From: a virus
Lineage: Duplodnaviria; Caudoviricetes
Virus record (IMG/VR): IMGVR_UViG_3300005512_000310
Location: 1 to 24,891 of that record
Length of the DNA: 24,891 nucleotides
Strand: one strand, 5' to 3'
Shown: one piece after another, positions 15,256 through 22,580 of the stretch
Layout of the letters: every line of letters begins with the position of its first letter
Numbering within the stretch: the stretch's first letter is position 1
Translations under genes and position numbers: made by a program
Notes under the pieces: model-generated
The model's input: only the letters and a program-made list of their open reading frames with translations
What the model was told of the DNA's origin: nothing
Database searches by the model: none

Positions 15256-16134
15256 TTAGGAGACTGCTCCGACTTCCGTTCCGATCTCTTCCACCCTGGC
15301 CAGGATGTCCTTGACCAGTTGGTCTGCTGTGGCTTGGTGGAACTTGCCCTCGCGGACACGCTCCGAGACCAATCGCCTGAGTTGATCCAGCCGCTCAACT
15401 GAGTCGGCCTCGATCACCGCCGCCTTGGCCTTCTCGACGAGCTCGGCGTCTTCGGCCGGCGGCGGCGCGTCCGACAGCCACGCTGCGAGGGCCTTGCCAA
15501 ACTCCTCGTCTGGCTTGTCGATGGTGCGATCCTGAAACCGGCCCGAGCGATCTTTGATCACATGAACGATGTGCTCAGGGCTAATCTCAAATAAGACGTC
15601 GAACTCATACTCGATGCCCTTGCCCTGCTCTGGGGCCAGCCCGACGCGAACGGGCCTGCTCTTGCCGGAGGAGTCGCTCGAGGTCTGCCACTCAGTCTTT
15701 GACCGCATCGTGGCAATCACGTGGCCGGGAAAGTCGAGAATCGCGTCGACCAACCGCCGCTGCTTGGGTGTGCCCTCGCTCCAGGCACTCCACGTGTTGC
15801 CACGGAACTTGGCATTGGCAAGCCGGTCAATCTCGGCCAACAGTTCGGCCCAGGCGTGCGACAGGCTGTCAATGACCAAGACGTCGTACTCGCCGGCCGC
15901 TTTGATCGTCTCGACGTACGAGTCGATGGTCTTGTCGGCAGGTTCGGCCACGTCAAAGTCAAACAGGTCGGCATACTTGGCCGCACTGCCACGCTCGGTG
16001 TCGATCACCGCGATCCGGCCGCCAAGGCCGGTGGCGATTCGCAGGCTTGAGAAGGTCTTGCCTGCTCCACTGGGTCCAAATATTGCAGCCCTCAGTTTGG
16101 CCTGAGACTTGGTTGCCTTCTGAAACACGCTCAT
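15256..16134 (-). CDS. Sak4-like AAA_24 ATPase (single-strand annealing recombinase)
   Basis: GPSGAGKT, IDTERGS, VLVIDSLSH, IEYEFD, KDR. Confidence 0.85.
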   Translation of the reverse strand: MSVFQKATKSQAKLRAAIFGPSGAGKTFSSLRIATGLGGRIAVIDTERGSAAKYADLFDFDVAEPADKTIDSYVETIKAAGEYDVLVIDSLSHAWAELLAEIDRLANAKFRGNTWSAWSEGTPKQRRLVDAILDFPGHVIATMRSKTEWQTSSDSSGKSRPVRVGLAPEQGKGIEYEFDVLFEISPEHIVHVIKDRSGRFQDRTIDKPDEEFGKALAAWLSDAPPPAEDAELVEKAKAAVIEADSVERLDQLRRLVSERVREGKFHQATADQLVKDILARVEEIGTEVGAVS

Positions 16135-16160
16135 GATTCATGCCTTTCTGTCGTTGCTGT

Positions 16161-16234
16161 GAAAAGCCGCTCCCCCGTCCCTGGGTCGGCGGCACCGTTC
16201 CGTCCTTGGCATCCCGGCTCCGCCGGGCCTCCTG
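16161..16234 (-). ncRNA. GGA-rich structured intergenic RNA (candidate CsrA/RsmA-binding element)
   Basis: 7 GGA in 62 nt, hairpins with GGA loops, ends GCGGC-TTTT. Confidence 0.5.
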
Positions 16235-16477
16235 TCAAAATCCCTCGCCATATCGAGCCTCTAACGCGTTGTCGTACTGGTCCTCGCAAGCCTCGGCCCT
16301 CGCCCGTCCTGCAAGCCCAAGAGTGGCTGGCGTCCGCAGCTCGGCCGGGATTGCGCACGGCTCAAGCGGCACGACGTCAGCGTCGTACTTGCGGTCGTAC
16401 GCGTCAGCGGCCTGGTCCTGCATGCGACGCACGCGGGCCTGCTCGATCTCGTACTCGCTAAGCTTCGGGCGACTCAT
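16235..16477 (-). CDS. Hypothetical early protein
   Basis: 80 aa, GGAGGT RBS, ATGA overlap. Confidence 0.65.
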   Translation of the reverse strand: MSRPKLSEYEIEQARVRRMQDQAADAYDRKYDADVVPLEPCAIPAELRTPATLGLAGRARAEACEDQYDNALEARYGEGF

Positions 16478-16755
16478 GACGCCACCTCCGACGTCGCGGC
16501 GTCGAGCAGCTGCTTGGCCTGCTCAAGCATCCTGGTGCCCATGTTTGCCACCTCTGATGCCTTGCTGGCCCGAGCCTGGGCAATGGTGTCAAACCACTCG
16601 TCACTGCGACGGTGCCGTACGTCGCCGATCTCCACCCATTCGCCACACGGCGAGACCGTGCCCTCGTGGCACCAGACGCGCGCTCCTTGGTGGTCGACAT
16701 ACATCCACGCGCGGTACGCCTTTTTCGTCTTGATTGTGTTCGGTGTTTCCCCCAT
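16474..16755 (-). CDS. Hypothetical early protein
   Basis: 93 aa, coupled to neighbours. Confidence 0.7.
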   Translation of the reverse strand: MGETPNTIKTKKAYRAWMYVDHQGARVWCHEGTVSPCGEWVEIGDVRHRRSDEWFDTIAQARASKASEVANMGTRMLEQAKQLLDAATSEVAS

Positions 16756-16758
16756 CGC

Positions 16759-16992
16759 TCAGCCCTCGACCCGCTCGCCGGTCCACCAAAGCTCTCGCGG
16801 GTAGTAGGCCAGCGTCTCGCCCTCAATCTCGACCAGGCAGTACGTGCCGTTGCTGGCCCGCACGATCCCTTTGGCCCGGTCGCCCTTGAAGGGCCGCTCG
16901 CCGATCACGACGTCACCCGGGCTCGGGCTCCAGCCGTACGTTTCAGACATCCCTGCCACCGCCGCGGCAGCCTCTCTCGTGTGCGCGTCCAT
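16759..16992 (-). CDS. Hypothetical early protein (possible SH3/KOW-like)
   Basis: 77 aa, PGDVV...GIV...LVEI; GGAG RBS. Confidence 0.65.
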   Translation of the reverse strand: MDAHTREAAAAVAGMSETYGWSPSPGDVVIGERPFKGDRAKGIVRASNGTYCLVEIEGETLAYYPRELWWTGERVEG

Positions 16993-17011
16993 TGCGTTGT
17001 TCTCCGATGGG

Positions 17012-17083
17012 CTATTCGCAGCAGCCGGCTGCGATGAGTCTCATGACCAAAACCACAAACTGAACCCAAAACTCGACGTTCAT
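17012..17083 (-). CDS. 23-aa hydrophobic peptide, first ORF of the early operon
   Basis: MNVEFWVQFVVLVMRLIAAGCCE; AAGGAGG upstream; directly downstream of a promoter. Confidence 0.6.
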   Translation of the reverse strand: MNVEFWVQFVVLVMRLIAAGCCE

Positions 17084-17103
17084 CCTTCGTCCTCCTTGAC
17101 GAT
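17084..17103 (-). promoter_or_regulatory. SD-in-hairpin-loop CsrA-type site
   Basis: TCGTC-AAGGAG-GACGA, followed by AGGATG. Confidence 0.55.
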
Positions 17104-17112
17104 GGTGGCAGG

Positions 17113-17142
17113 AGCGTAAATCCCCGATGGGAGATTCGTCAA
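17113..17142 (-). promoter_or_regulatory. Sigma70-type early promoter with operator-like dyad in the spacer
   Basis: TTGACG-18 bp-TACGCT with an A-tract upstream; the spacer AATCCCCGATGGGAGATT is an imperfect palindrome. Confidence 0.65.
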
Positions 17143-17175
17143 CCCCTGTTTTTTCGGAATAGCAAACCGCAGACT

Positions 17176-17427
17176 TTAGGCCGATTTGCGGCCTGTCGGA
17201 CGCCGGCCGCAGAGTTTGCCGGCCTTGCGGAGCTCGCCCTTCTCTCGAGCCAGCCGCTCGATCTCGTCGGCGTCGACCAAGAGCACCCGCTCAGACACCT
17301 TTTCGGACCAGATTTCGCCTCTGTCGGCCATGGTCCGAATGTGCCGCTGGCTGCAGCCGTAGAGCTCGGCAGCCTCGGCGGTGCCGCAGAGATTCCGTTT
17401 CGGGGGCAGTTGGACGGCCAACGTCAT
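17176..17427 (-). CDS. Excisionase/MerR-like HTH DNA-binding protein
   Basis: GTAEAAELYGCSQRHIRTMADRGEI; divergent from the integrase. Confidence 0.75.
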   Translation of the reverse strand: MTLAVQLPPKRNLCGTAEAAELYGCSQRHIRTMADRGEIWSEKVSERVLLVDADEIERLAREKGELRKAGKLCGRRPTGRKSA

Positions 17428-17470
17428 GGCCCTCTTTTAGCGTCTGCCGGCCATCCTGGCTAGCAGTTAT

Positions 17471-17500
17471 TTGCCCCGGCCGCCCCTGGTCCCGTAGGGT
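17471..17500 (+). promoter_or_regulatory. Possible integrase promoter
   Basis: TTGCCC-18 bp-TAGGGT; weak match. Confidence 0.3.
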
Positions 17501-17527
17501 TCAGATAGGCGGCCGAGGCTAGGTTCC

Positions 17528-17627
17528 AATGGCGGGGACACCATCTGAGGCATTAGCCCCCAAAATGGTGTCATGACTGAAACAACCTGACTTACCGGAC
17601 GCTAAATGACGTAAAAGGACGTAATAC
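17528..17627. other. Candidate attP/regulatory region
   Basis: tRNA-3'-like 13-mer, GACACCAT/ATGGTGTC inverted repeat, three 10-bp-phased GACG repeats. Confidence 0.4.
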
Positions 17628-17672
17628 GCCTGATTCGCACGGACGCGTGACCTATCTTCTGGAGGTGACGCG

Positions 17673-18581
17673 ATGACACTGCGAGAGTTTTTCAAGACGA
17701 CCTACAGGCCGCTGCGGCTGCGAGGCCGCAGCCCGAAGACCAGCACGCTCTACGAAGCGACATTCCGAGCGTTTGACCGCTGGCTCGTTGCCGAGGGCAT
17801 CGCCGACGAGTGCCGGATCGACCACCTCGACGAGCTCGTCCTGGCACGCTACCTTGAGCACCGGGCATCGACACGCAGCCCGTACACTGCCGAGCGCGAG
17901 CGGTGTGCTCTGATGGCGATCGCTCGGCTGGCCTGGGAGCGGCGTGTACCGGGCCTAGAGCGGATGCCGTCCTGCCCGCCGGGCCGGCTGCCGGACCGCG
18001 TGCCGACGGCCTGGACCGCCGAAGAGATGCAGCGGCTGTTCGCCGAAGCCGGCCGGGCGCAGCGATACGTCGGCACGATCCACGCCAGCGAGTGGTTCCC
18101 GGCCTCCATCCAGCTGGCATTCGAGACCGGCGAGCGCATCGGCGCCTTGATGTCCACGCCCGTCCGGTCGTACCAGCGGCCGACGTTGCTCGTCGATGCC
18201 GAGATCCGCAAGGGCGGCCGCCGGGGCCGGGTGTACCAGTTGTCTGAGCCGCTCTGCGACAGGCTGGACCGGCTTAAGGCCCACGGGTACGAGATGGTGC
18301 TTCCGTGGCCCGGCAACAAGTCGGCCGTCTACCGCAGGCTCAAGCTCATCATGAAGAGGGCCGGGTTGGCCGGCAAACGGATGGCATGGCATCAGATACG
18401 TCGCACTGCCATCTCACAGATTGCGGCCGCTGGAGGCGATCCTGTGGCGTTTGCGGGGCATTCCAGCCCGGCAGTCACCAAGCGGTGGTATCTAGATCCC
18501 AGGATGGCAGAGCGTGGCCCTCGGCCCCATGAACTGCTGCCGCCGCTGGAGAAGCCTGAGGAGGACAAGCCAGCTGCCTGA
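17673..18581 (+). CDS. int: Tyrosine recombinase/integrase
   Basis: ETGERIG (R), RKGG (K), WHQIRR (HxxR), AGHSS (H), RWY (Y); GGAGGT RBS. Confidence 0.92.
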   Translation: MTLREFFKTTYRPLRLRGRSPKTSTLYEATFRAFDRWLVAEGIADECRIDHLDELVLARYLEHRASTRSPYTAERERCALMAIARLAWERRVPGLERMPSCPPGRLPDRVPTAWTAEEMQRLFAEAGRAQRYVGTIHASEWFPASIQLAFETGERIGALMSTPVRSYQRPTLLVDAEIRKGGRRGRVYQLSEPLCDRLDRLKAHGYEMVLPWPGNKSAVYRRLKLIMKRAGLAGKRMAWHQIRRTAISQIAAAGGDPVAFAGHSSPAVTKRWYLDPRMAERGPRPHELLPPLEKPEEDKPAA

Positions 18582-18591
18582 GCCTGAGCAA

Positions 18592-18638
18592 GCGGGGAGG
18601 CCGCGGGGAAAGGACGAAAACCCGCAGCCTCAACCCGC
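18592..18638. terminator. GC-rich stem-loop between convergent genes
   Basis: GCGGG-GAGGC-c-GCGGG / CCCGC-a-GCCTC-aa-CCCGC with a 13-nt loop; no U-tract. Confidence 0.45.
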
Positions 18639-18646
18639 CGCCCGGC

Positions 18647-18814
18647 CTAGTGCTGCTCTCGCAGCCGTGCCAACTCCACCATCAGCCGCCGCCGCTCCTC
18701 GAGCAGACGCATGACGTCGGCCGCCAGCGTGCCGCTGGTGCCGGTCCAGGCCCCCTGGAACCGACGGGCTCGGTGCTCGATGCGGGCGATGTCATCGGCG
18801 GTCAGGGGCTCCAT
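18647..18814 (-). CDS. Small hypothetical protein (55 aa)
   Basis: Below the ORF-track cutoff. MEPLTADDIARIEHRARRFQGAWTGTSGTLAADVMRLLEERRRL...; AGGAGG RBS. Confidence 0.7.
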   Translation of the reverse strand: MEPLTADDIARIEHRARRFQGAWTGTSGTLAADVMRLLEERRRLMVELARLREQH

Positions 18815-19340
18815 CGTGCTCCTCCTGGTACAAGAGCAACGCTAGCAACGCGTAGGACGCCAGGTCTAGAAGGGTGTCCTCGACACCCTCGTGGCCGAGC
18901 CGGCCGGTGGCGTTAAAGGTGGCAAGCCGGGTCACCTTGTCGGAGAGCCGCACCATCGCGCCTTTCCAGGGTTCGATCCCGACGAACGTGGCCCCGTTGC
19001 GGATATTGGCCAGGGGATCCTTGCCGGACGGGCATCCGTAGTCGGTACTCTTGCTCTCGTGCATGGCCTTCAGCCGGTCGCAGAGGTCGTAGAACCGCTG
19101 GCTAGTCGGATGCGTCGGGCTGAACCGCTCGAGCACCTCGGCCGCACTCGGCCCCCGCTTGCCCTCACAGCAGCCGCCCTGCCACGCATCAGCGAGCACC
19201 CGTGCCGCAGCCTCCTCGGCCGGCTTGCAGCCCGCCAGCGGCCCCGGCCGGGACTCCTGCTCATTGGCCTCCTGGCGGTCGAGCCGCTCCCGCACTGCCG
19301 TCCTCATCGCCTCGTTGGCCTGCTCAAGCGTCTGGGTCAT
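18792..19340 (-). CDS. Nucleotide-modification-associated domain 1 (DUF1599-like) protein
   Basis: HESKSTDYG...ANIR...RLSDKVTRL...EDTLLDLASYALL. Confidence 0.75.
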   Translation of the reverse strand: MTQTLEQANEAMRTAVRERLDRQEANEQESRPGPLAGCKPAEEAAARVLADAWQGGCCEGKRGPSAAEVLERFSPTHPTSQRFYDLCDRLKAMHESKSTDYGCPSGKDPLANIRNGATFVGIEPWKGAMVRLSDKVTRLATFNATGRLGHEGVEDTLLDLASYALLALLLYQEEHDGAPDRR

Positions 19341-20419
19341 GTCTTCCTTTCTCGCAAGTCTCGGTCACAAAACAACGGGTAAGCTCGCGTCACCTCGTGC
19401 CGGCCGTGGTCCACGATTACCATCCCTTGGCATGGCCGCTCTGGTGATGCGACTCTCTCAGCGTATGGCGAGTGTCCAATCACTGAGCCGTTGGCAACGT
19501 AGCGAGCACCTCGCAGCCAGCCCCAGCAGTGGTAATGCCCGAAGATTGTCAAGTCGGCCCGTCGGCCGGCGTCCCATCGAGCGATAGCCTTGCTCGCCGG
19601 CAGTGCCAAGCCATAGACGCCCCCGGCGTATCGGATGCTGTGGCCGTGCGTAGTCCGCACCAAGAAGCCGTCGAGGTCGACGTAGCCGAGGTGGCCCTCG
19701 GCGATCTGCCACCGTACGTTTTTGTTCTGCTCCTCACGGGCCAGCGTGAAGTACATCAGCTGTTCCCATGAGTGGTCGAGCTCGGTGGCAATGCGGTTCT
19801 TCTCAGTGCTCCTGCCGTGGTTGCCGGCGTTGGTGCAGACAACCACCTCGTCGGCGGCCTGGGCGACGCGGTCAATGAGCCCGCGAAGCCGCTCAGCGAT
19901 CCACCGCGTGGCGTGCATCGGCGAGAGCTGGGCTACCTCGACGCAGTCCGGGTGAATGTGGCCGGTGATCAGGTCGCCTCCAATCCACACCAGCACCCGC
20001 CGGATGTCGGCCTGGTTCCGCTCGTGCTCAAGGCACGCTAGGAACCGCTCCTCGAGCTCGGCCATGCGTTGCTCGCAGACTTGGAGGCTGTAGTCGTTCT
20101 CGCCGTTGACTGTCTCAGGCAGCACCCGCTCCTCGCAGTGCACGTCCGAGAGCATCAGGATTGCGGTGGCCTGATGCCGGGCCGCCTTCTTGGCTTTGGC
20201 CTTCTTGGCGGCCGGGCGCGGTGTTACACCCTGCAACGCGGTGAAACGGTCGGACCGCTCTCGCTCGGCGTCGATAGCCTGCAGGGCCGCCTTGTATTTG
20301 CTCCGCAGCCCGGCCAACTCGGCCCTCAGCCTGGCGAGCTCGGCGTCGGTGGCCAGCTGCTCGTCGCTCGCCACCTCGCGCGCAAGCTCGGCTAGAACGC
20401 GGTCGGTCTTTTTAGCCAC
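19337..20419 (-). CDS. Calcineurin-like metallophosphoesterase with N-terminal coiled coil
   Basis: LSDVH, GGDLITG, AGNHG, HGH, FGHYH, NGS; start moved to the GTG of VAKKTD. Confidence 0.88.
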   Translation of the reverse strand: MAKKTDRVLAELAREVASDEQLATDAELARLRAELAGLRSKYKAALQAIDAERERSDRFTALQGVTPRPAAKKAKAKKAARHQATAILMLSDVHCEERVLPETVNGENDYSLQVCEQRMAELEERFLACLEHERNQADIRRVLVWIGGDLITGHIHPDCVEVAQLSPMHATRWIAERLRGLIDRVAQAADEVVVCTNAGNHGRSTEKNRIATELDHSWEQLMYFTLAREEQNKNVRWQIAEGHLGYVDLDGFLVRTTHGHSIRYAGGVYGLALPASKAIARWDAGRRADLTIFGHYHCWGWLRGARYVANGSVIGHSPYAERVASPERPCQGMVIVDHGRHEVTRAYPLFCDRDLRERKT

Positions 20420-20655
20420 GTGATTACCCCTTGCTGGCCGATGGTGATGCCGTACGTCTTGAGCTTGTCGCTGATGCGTCGGGCAGCGGTGATTTGTTTG
20501 GCACCCAAGCGGCCCGCCTTCCATGCGGCGTGAATCGCCTCGAGCAGCTCGTGGTGCTCGACGTCGACTCGCTCCCACCAGGGGCGTGCGCCGTGTGGGT
20601 TGCGGGGGATGCTGGCTGCCAACTCAGCCACGACGTCAGCCGGCGTCTGTGCCAT
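20392..20655 (-). CDS. Hypothetical protein (possible HTH)
   Basis: 87 aa, GGAGGT RBS. Confidence 0.7.
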   Translation of the reverse strand: MAQTPADVVAELAASIPRNPHGARPWWERVDVEHHELLEAIHAAWKAGRLGAKQITAARRISDKLKTYGITIGQQGVITWLKRPTAF

Positions 20656-20755
20656 CGCTCACCTCCAATCTGATGCGGCCGTCACCGTCCGGAGTCGGAT
20701 CCGCGTCCTCCTCGATCTCGTCCCAGTCCTCGCACGGATCGTCAATCTCGCTCAC
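20636..20755 (-). CDS. Tiny acidic peptide (39 aa)
   Basis: MSEIDDPCEDWDEIEEDADPTPDGDGRIRLEVSDGTDAG; bridges the two neighbours by overlapping both. Confidence 0.45.
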   Translation of the reverse strand: MSEIDDPCEDWDEIEEDADPTPDGDGRIRLEVSDGTDAG

Positions 20756-21017
20756 GGTATCCCAAGCTCCAGAGCGTGCGTCTCACCACCTTGGCCGCCT
20801 CGGTGACGGCCGACTCGCTCACGGTTGGCCCAAGGCTCGCGTGCAGCAGTTCATGGACGATGGTCTCCAGCCGGCCGCCACCTTTGAGACGCTCGTCGAT
20901 CAAAATCTTGGGCCGCGTCTCGTCCCAGTAAGTCCAGCCCCAGGCCGAGCCCTTTAGCCGGGTGAACCGCAGGAGCCACCTGCGGCCGTCAATCGTGACT
21001 TGATGGTCCTTTGCCAC
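20742..21017 (-). CDS. Small zincin (HEXXH) metallopeptidase-like protein
   Basis: WG...ILIDE...ETIVHELLHA...E. Confidence 0.75.
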   Translation of the reverse strand: MAKDHQVTIDGRRWLLRFTRLKGSAWGWTYWDETRPKILIDERLKGGGRLETIVHELLHASLGPTVSESAVTEAAKVVRRTLWSLGYRERD

Positions 21018-21056
21018 GGGCCTGCCTCTCGCCCGTAGTGTGGAGAACGTGTCAAC

Positions 21057-21335
21057 TCAGCGTTCGTAGAAGAGGGCGCGGAAGGCCATATAAAAGTATC
21101 GGCCAGAAATGATGAATCGCCGGCCAACACGCCCGTAAAGAAAACGCTGCCACTTTTCGTGCATCCAGTAACACGGCAACATTAGTCGATACTGCCAGCG
21201 ATAGCCCCACTGGTTCATGGCGGCCTGCCGCTTGGCGCAGCCGCAATCCTTCTTTTTGGTGACAGCTTGGACTCGCTCTTTCGTTATCCCAAAGAACCGC
21301 AAGCAAAGCTCAGTGATGTCGCCAATGGCAAGCAT
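21057..21335 (-). CDS. Hypothetical basic protein with CGC motif
   Basis: IGD...GITKERV...DCGCAKRQAAMN; abuts the upstream gene. Confidence 0.7.
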   Translation of the reverse strand: MLAIGDITELCLRFFGITKERVQAVTKKKDCGCAKRQAAMNQWGYRWQYRLMLPCYWMHEKWQRFLYGRVGRRFIISGRYFYMAFRALFYER

Positions 21336-22580
21336 TTATCCGCACCCGCAAGTGTCAGCGGAGTTGGCACATCCGTCCGGCGCAGTGCCGTTGCATGTAG
21401 GCAAGTCAGTTGGGTGAGCAACAAACTTCCTCGTGCAAGGCGAGGCAAAAAAGCTGCCTAGGGCAACGGTTGAGCAGGCCGCATCATTGAAGGTTGCGCC
21501 GTCGTTTACCCTGCCGCTAGTGCGGTTGCTGCTGCTGCCACTAAACGTCGCCCCGCCGTTTACCGTGCCAAACTGATTAAAGCTTGTGTCATTGAATGCC
21601 GCGCCGTTATTGACGGTGCCACCGTTCTGACTGCTGCCGTTGAATGTGGCACCGCCATTAATAGTTAAAGTGTTTAGCGCTGAGTCGCTAAGTGTTGCTC
21701 CGCCATTAATAACACCGTTATTATTGCATGTGCCTGAAAGAGTCGCACCCCCGTTGACTGTGCCGGCGCACACTGCACTGTCATTAAAAGTCGCGCCATC
21801 GTTAACTGTTCCGGAAACGGCGTTCAAGGACGTGTCATGAAACGTTGCGCCGCCGTTGATTGTTCCGACATTACCGCTATCATCGCTAAAAACAGCTCCA
21901 CCAGTTACAGTTCCATAATTTCCTCCGGAAAAGGGGGTAATAGTTGGGTTATCAAAAGTAGCCCCTCCGTTTATAGTTCCAACATTACGGGTTGCGTTGC
22001 TAAACACACATCCGCCGGAACTGTCATGGGCGGAGGACGTAGCGGTTAACTCTGACCCGGAAAGGAGATATGCAAAATCCCAAAAATAAGCCGCCTTTAC
22101 CGATCGAGGGTCGTTTGTATTTATGCTTGTATAAACATGAACAACGGCGTCATCTGGGGGCAAACGGGTTGCGCGCTTGTCAAAAGAATCGGCAAACACT
22201 GAAAACGGTCCTGGAGGAGGCGTCAAAGTGGAGGGAGCAGTCGTTTTGTTACTGTACCAATTGCAAATGTTGTCCCAATCTTGTTTTTCTTGGGTCGTCG
22301 CTATGCGGCCTGGCGCGCTGGTTTGATCCGACCCATAAAAAAACCAAGTCTCTCCGCTGTCGTCGCCAGGGTTGGCAGAAAACGTCCAAGTAACGCCTCC
22401 GGCTCCACGCCACGTGCCGCTGGGCACCCAGGTTCCTTCGTTCTTGGGGTCGGTCCGCGGCTTACCGTCGGCGACTTCGCAGCCTTGTTCGCAACATGGC
22501 AAGCATCCCCAAAAGAACGCAAACGGGCACATAGCCATAGCAGCGGCAAGTGCCACGAAGATCTGCCACACTCCATCCAT
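21336..22580 (-). CDS. Beta-solenoid repeat protein (putative tail-associated adhesin)
   Basis: About ten G-T-(V/I)-N-G-G-A-T-F repeats; Cys clusters at both ends; TGATG start; lower GC. Confidence 0.7.
   Translation of the reverse strand: MDGVWQIFVALAAAMAMCPFAFFWGCLPCCEQGCEVADGKPRTDPKNEGTWVPSGTWRGAGGVTWTFSANPGDDSGETWFFYGSDQTSAPGRIATTQEKQDWDNICNWYSNKTTAPSTLTPPPGPFSVFADSFDKRATRLPPDDAVVHVYTSINTNDPRSVKAAYFWDFAYLLSGSELTATSSAHDSSGGCVFSNATRNVGTINGGATFDNPTITPFSGGNYGTVTGGAVFSDDSGNVGTINGGATFHDTSLNAVSGTVNDGATFNDSAVCAGTVNGGATLSGTCNNNGVINGGATLSDSALNTLTINGGATFNGSSQNGGTVNNGAAFNDTSFNQFGTVNGGATFSGSSSNRTSGRVNDGATFNDAACSTVALGSFFASPCTRKFVAHPTDLPTCNGTAPDGCANSADTCGCG

Noticed and set aside
16131-16358. 75-aa ORF across the GGA array
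   Set aside because: Overlaps the 16235-16477 gene out of frame, has no RBS and has G/R-rich composition; an RNA element explains the region better.
19337-20578. Long upstream starts given by the ORF track (also 3500, 5472, 7760, 10687, 22610)
   Set aside because: They overlap neighbouring genes extensively; downstream starts with an RBS or stop-start coupling fit better.
21031-21056. Sigma70 promoter at TTGACA
   Set aside because: Perfect -35 box but no -10 at 16-18 bp; treated under the shared-motif finding.
21450-22000. Diversity-generating retroelement TR/VR
   Set aside because: Repeats are peptide-level with synonymous divergence; no adenine-specific pair and no reverse transcriptase.
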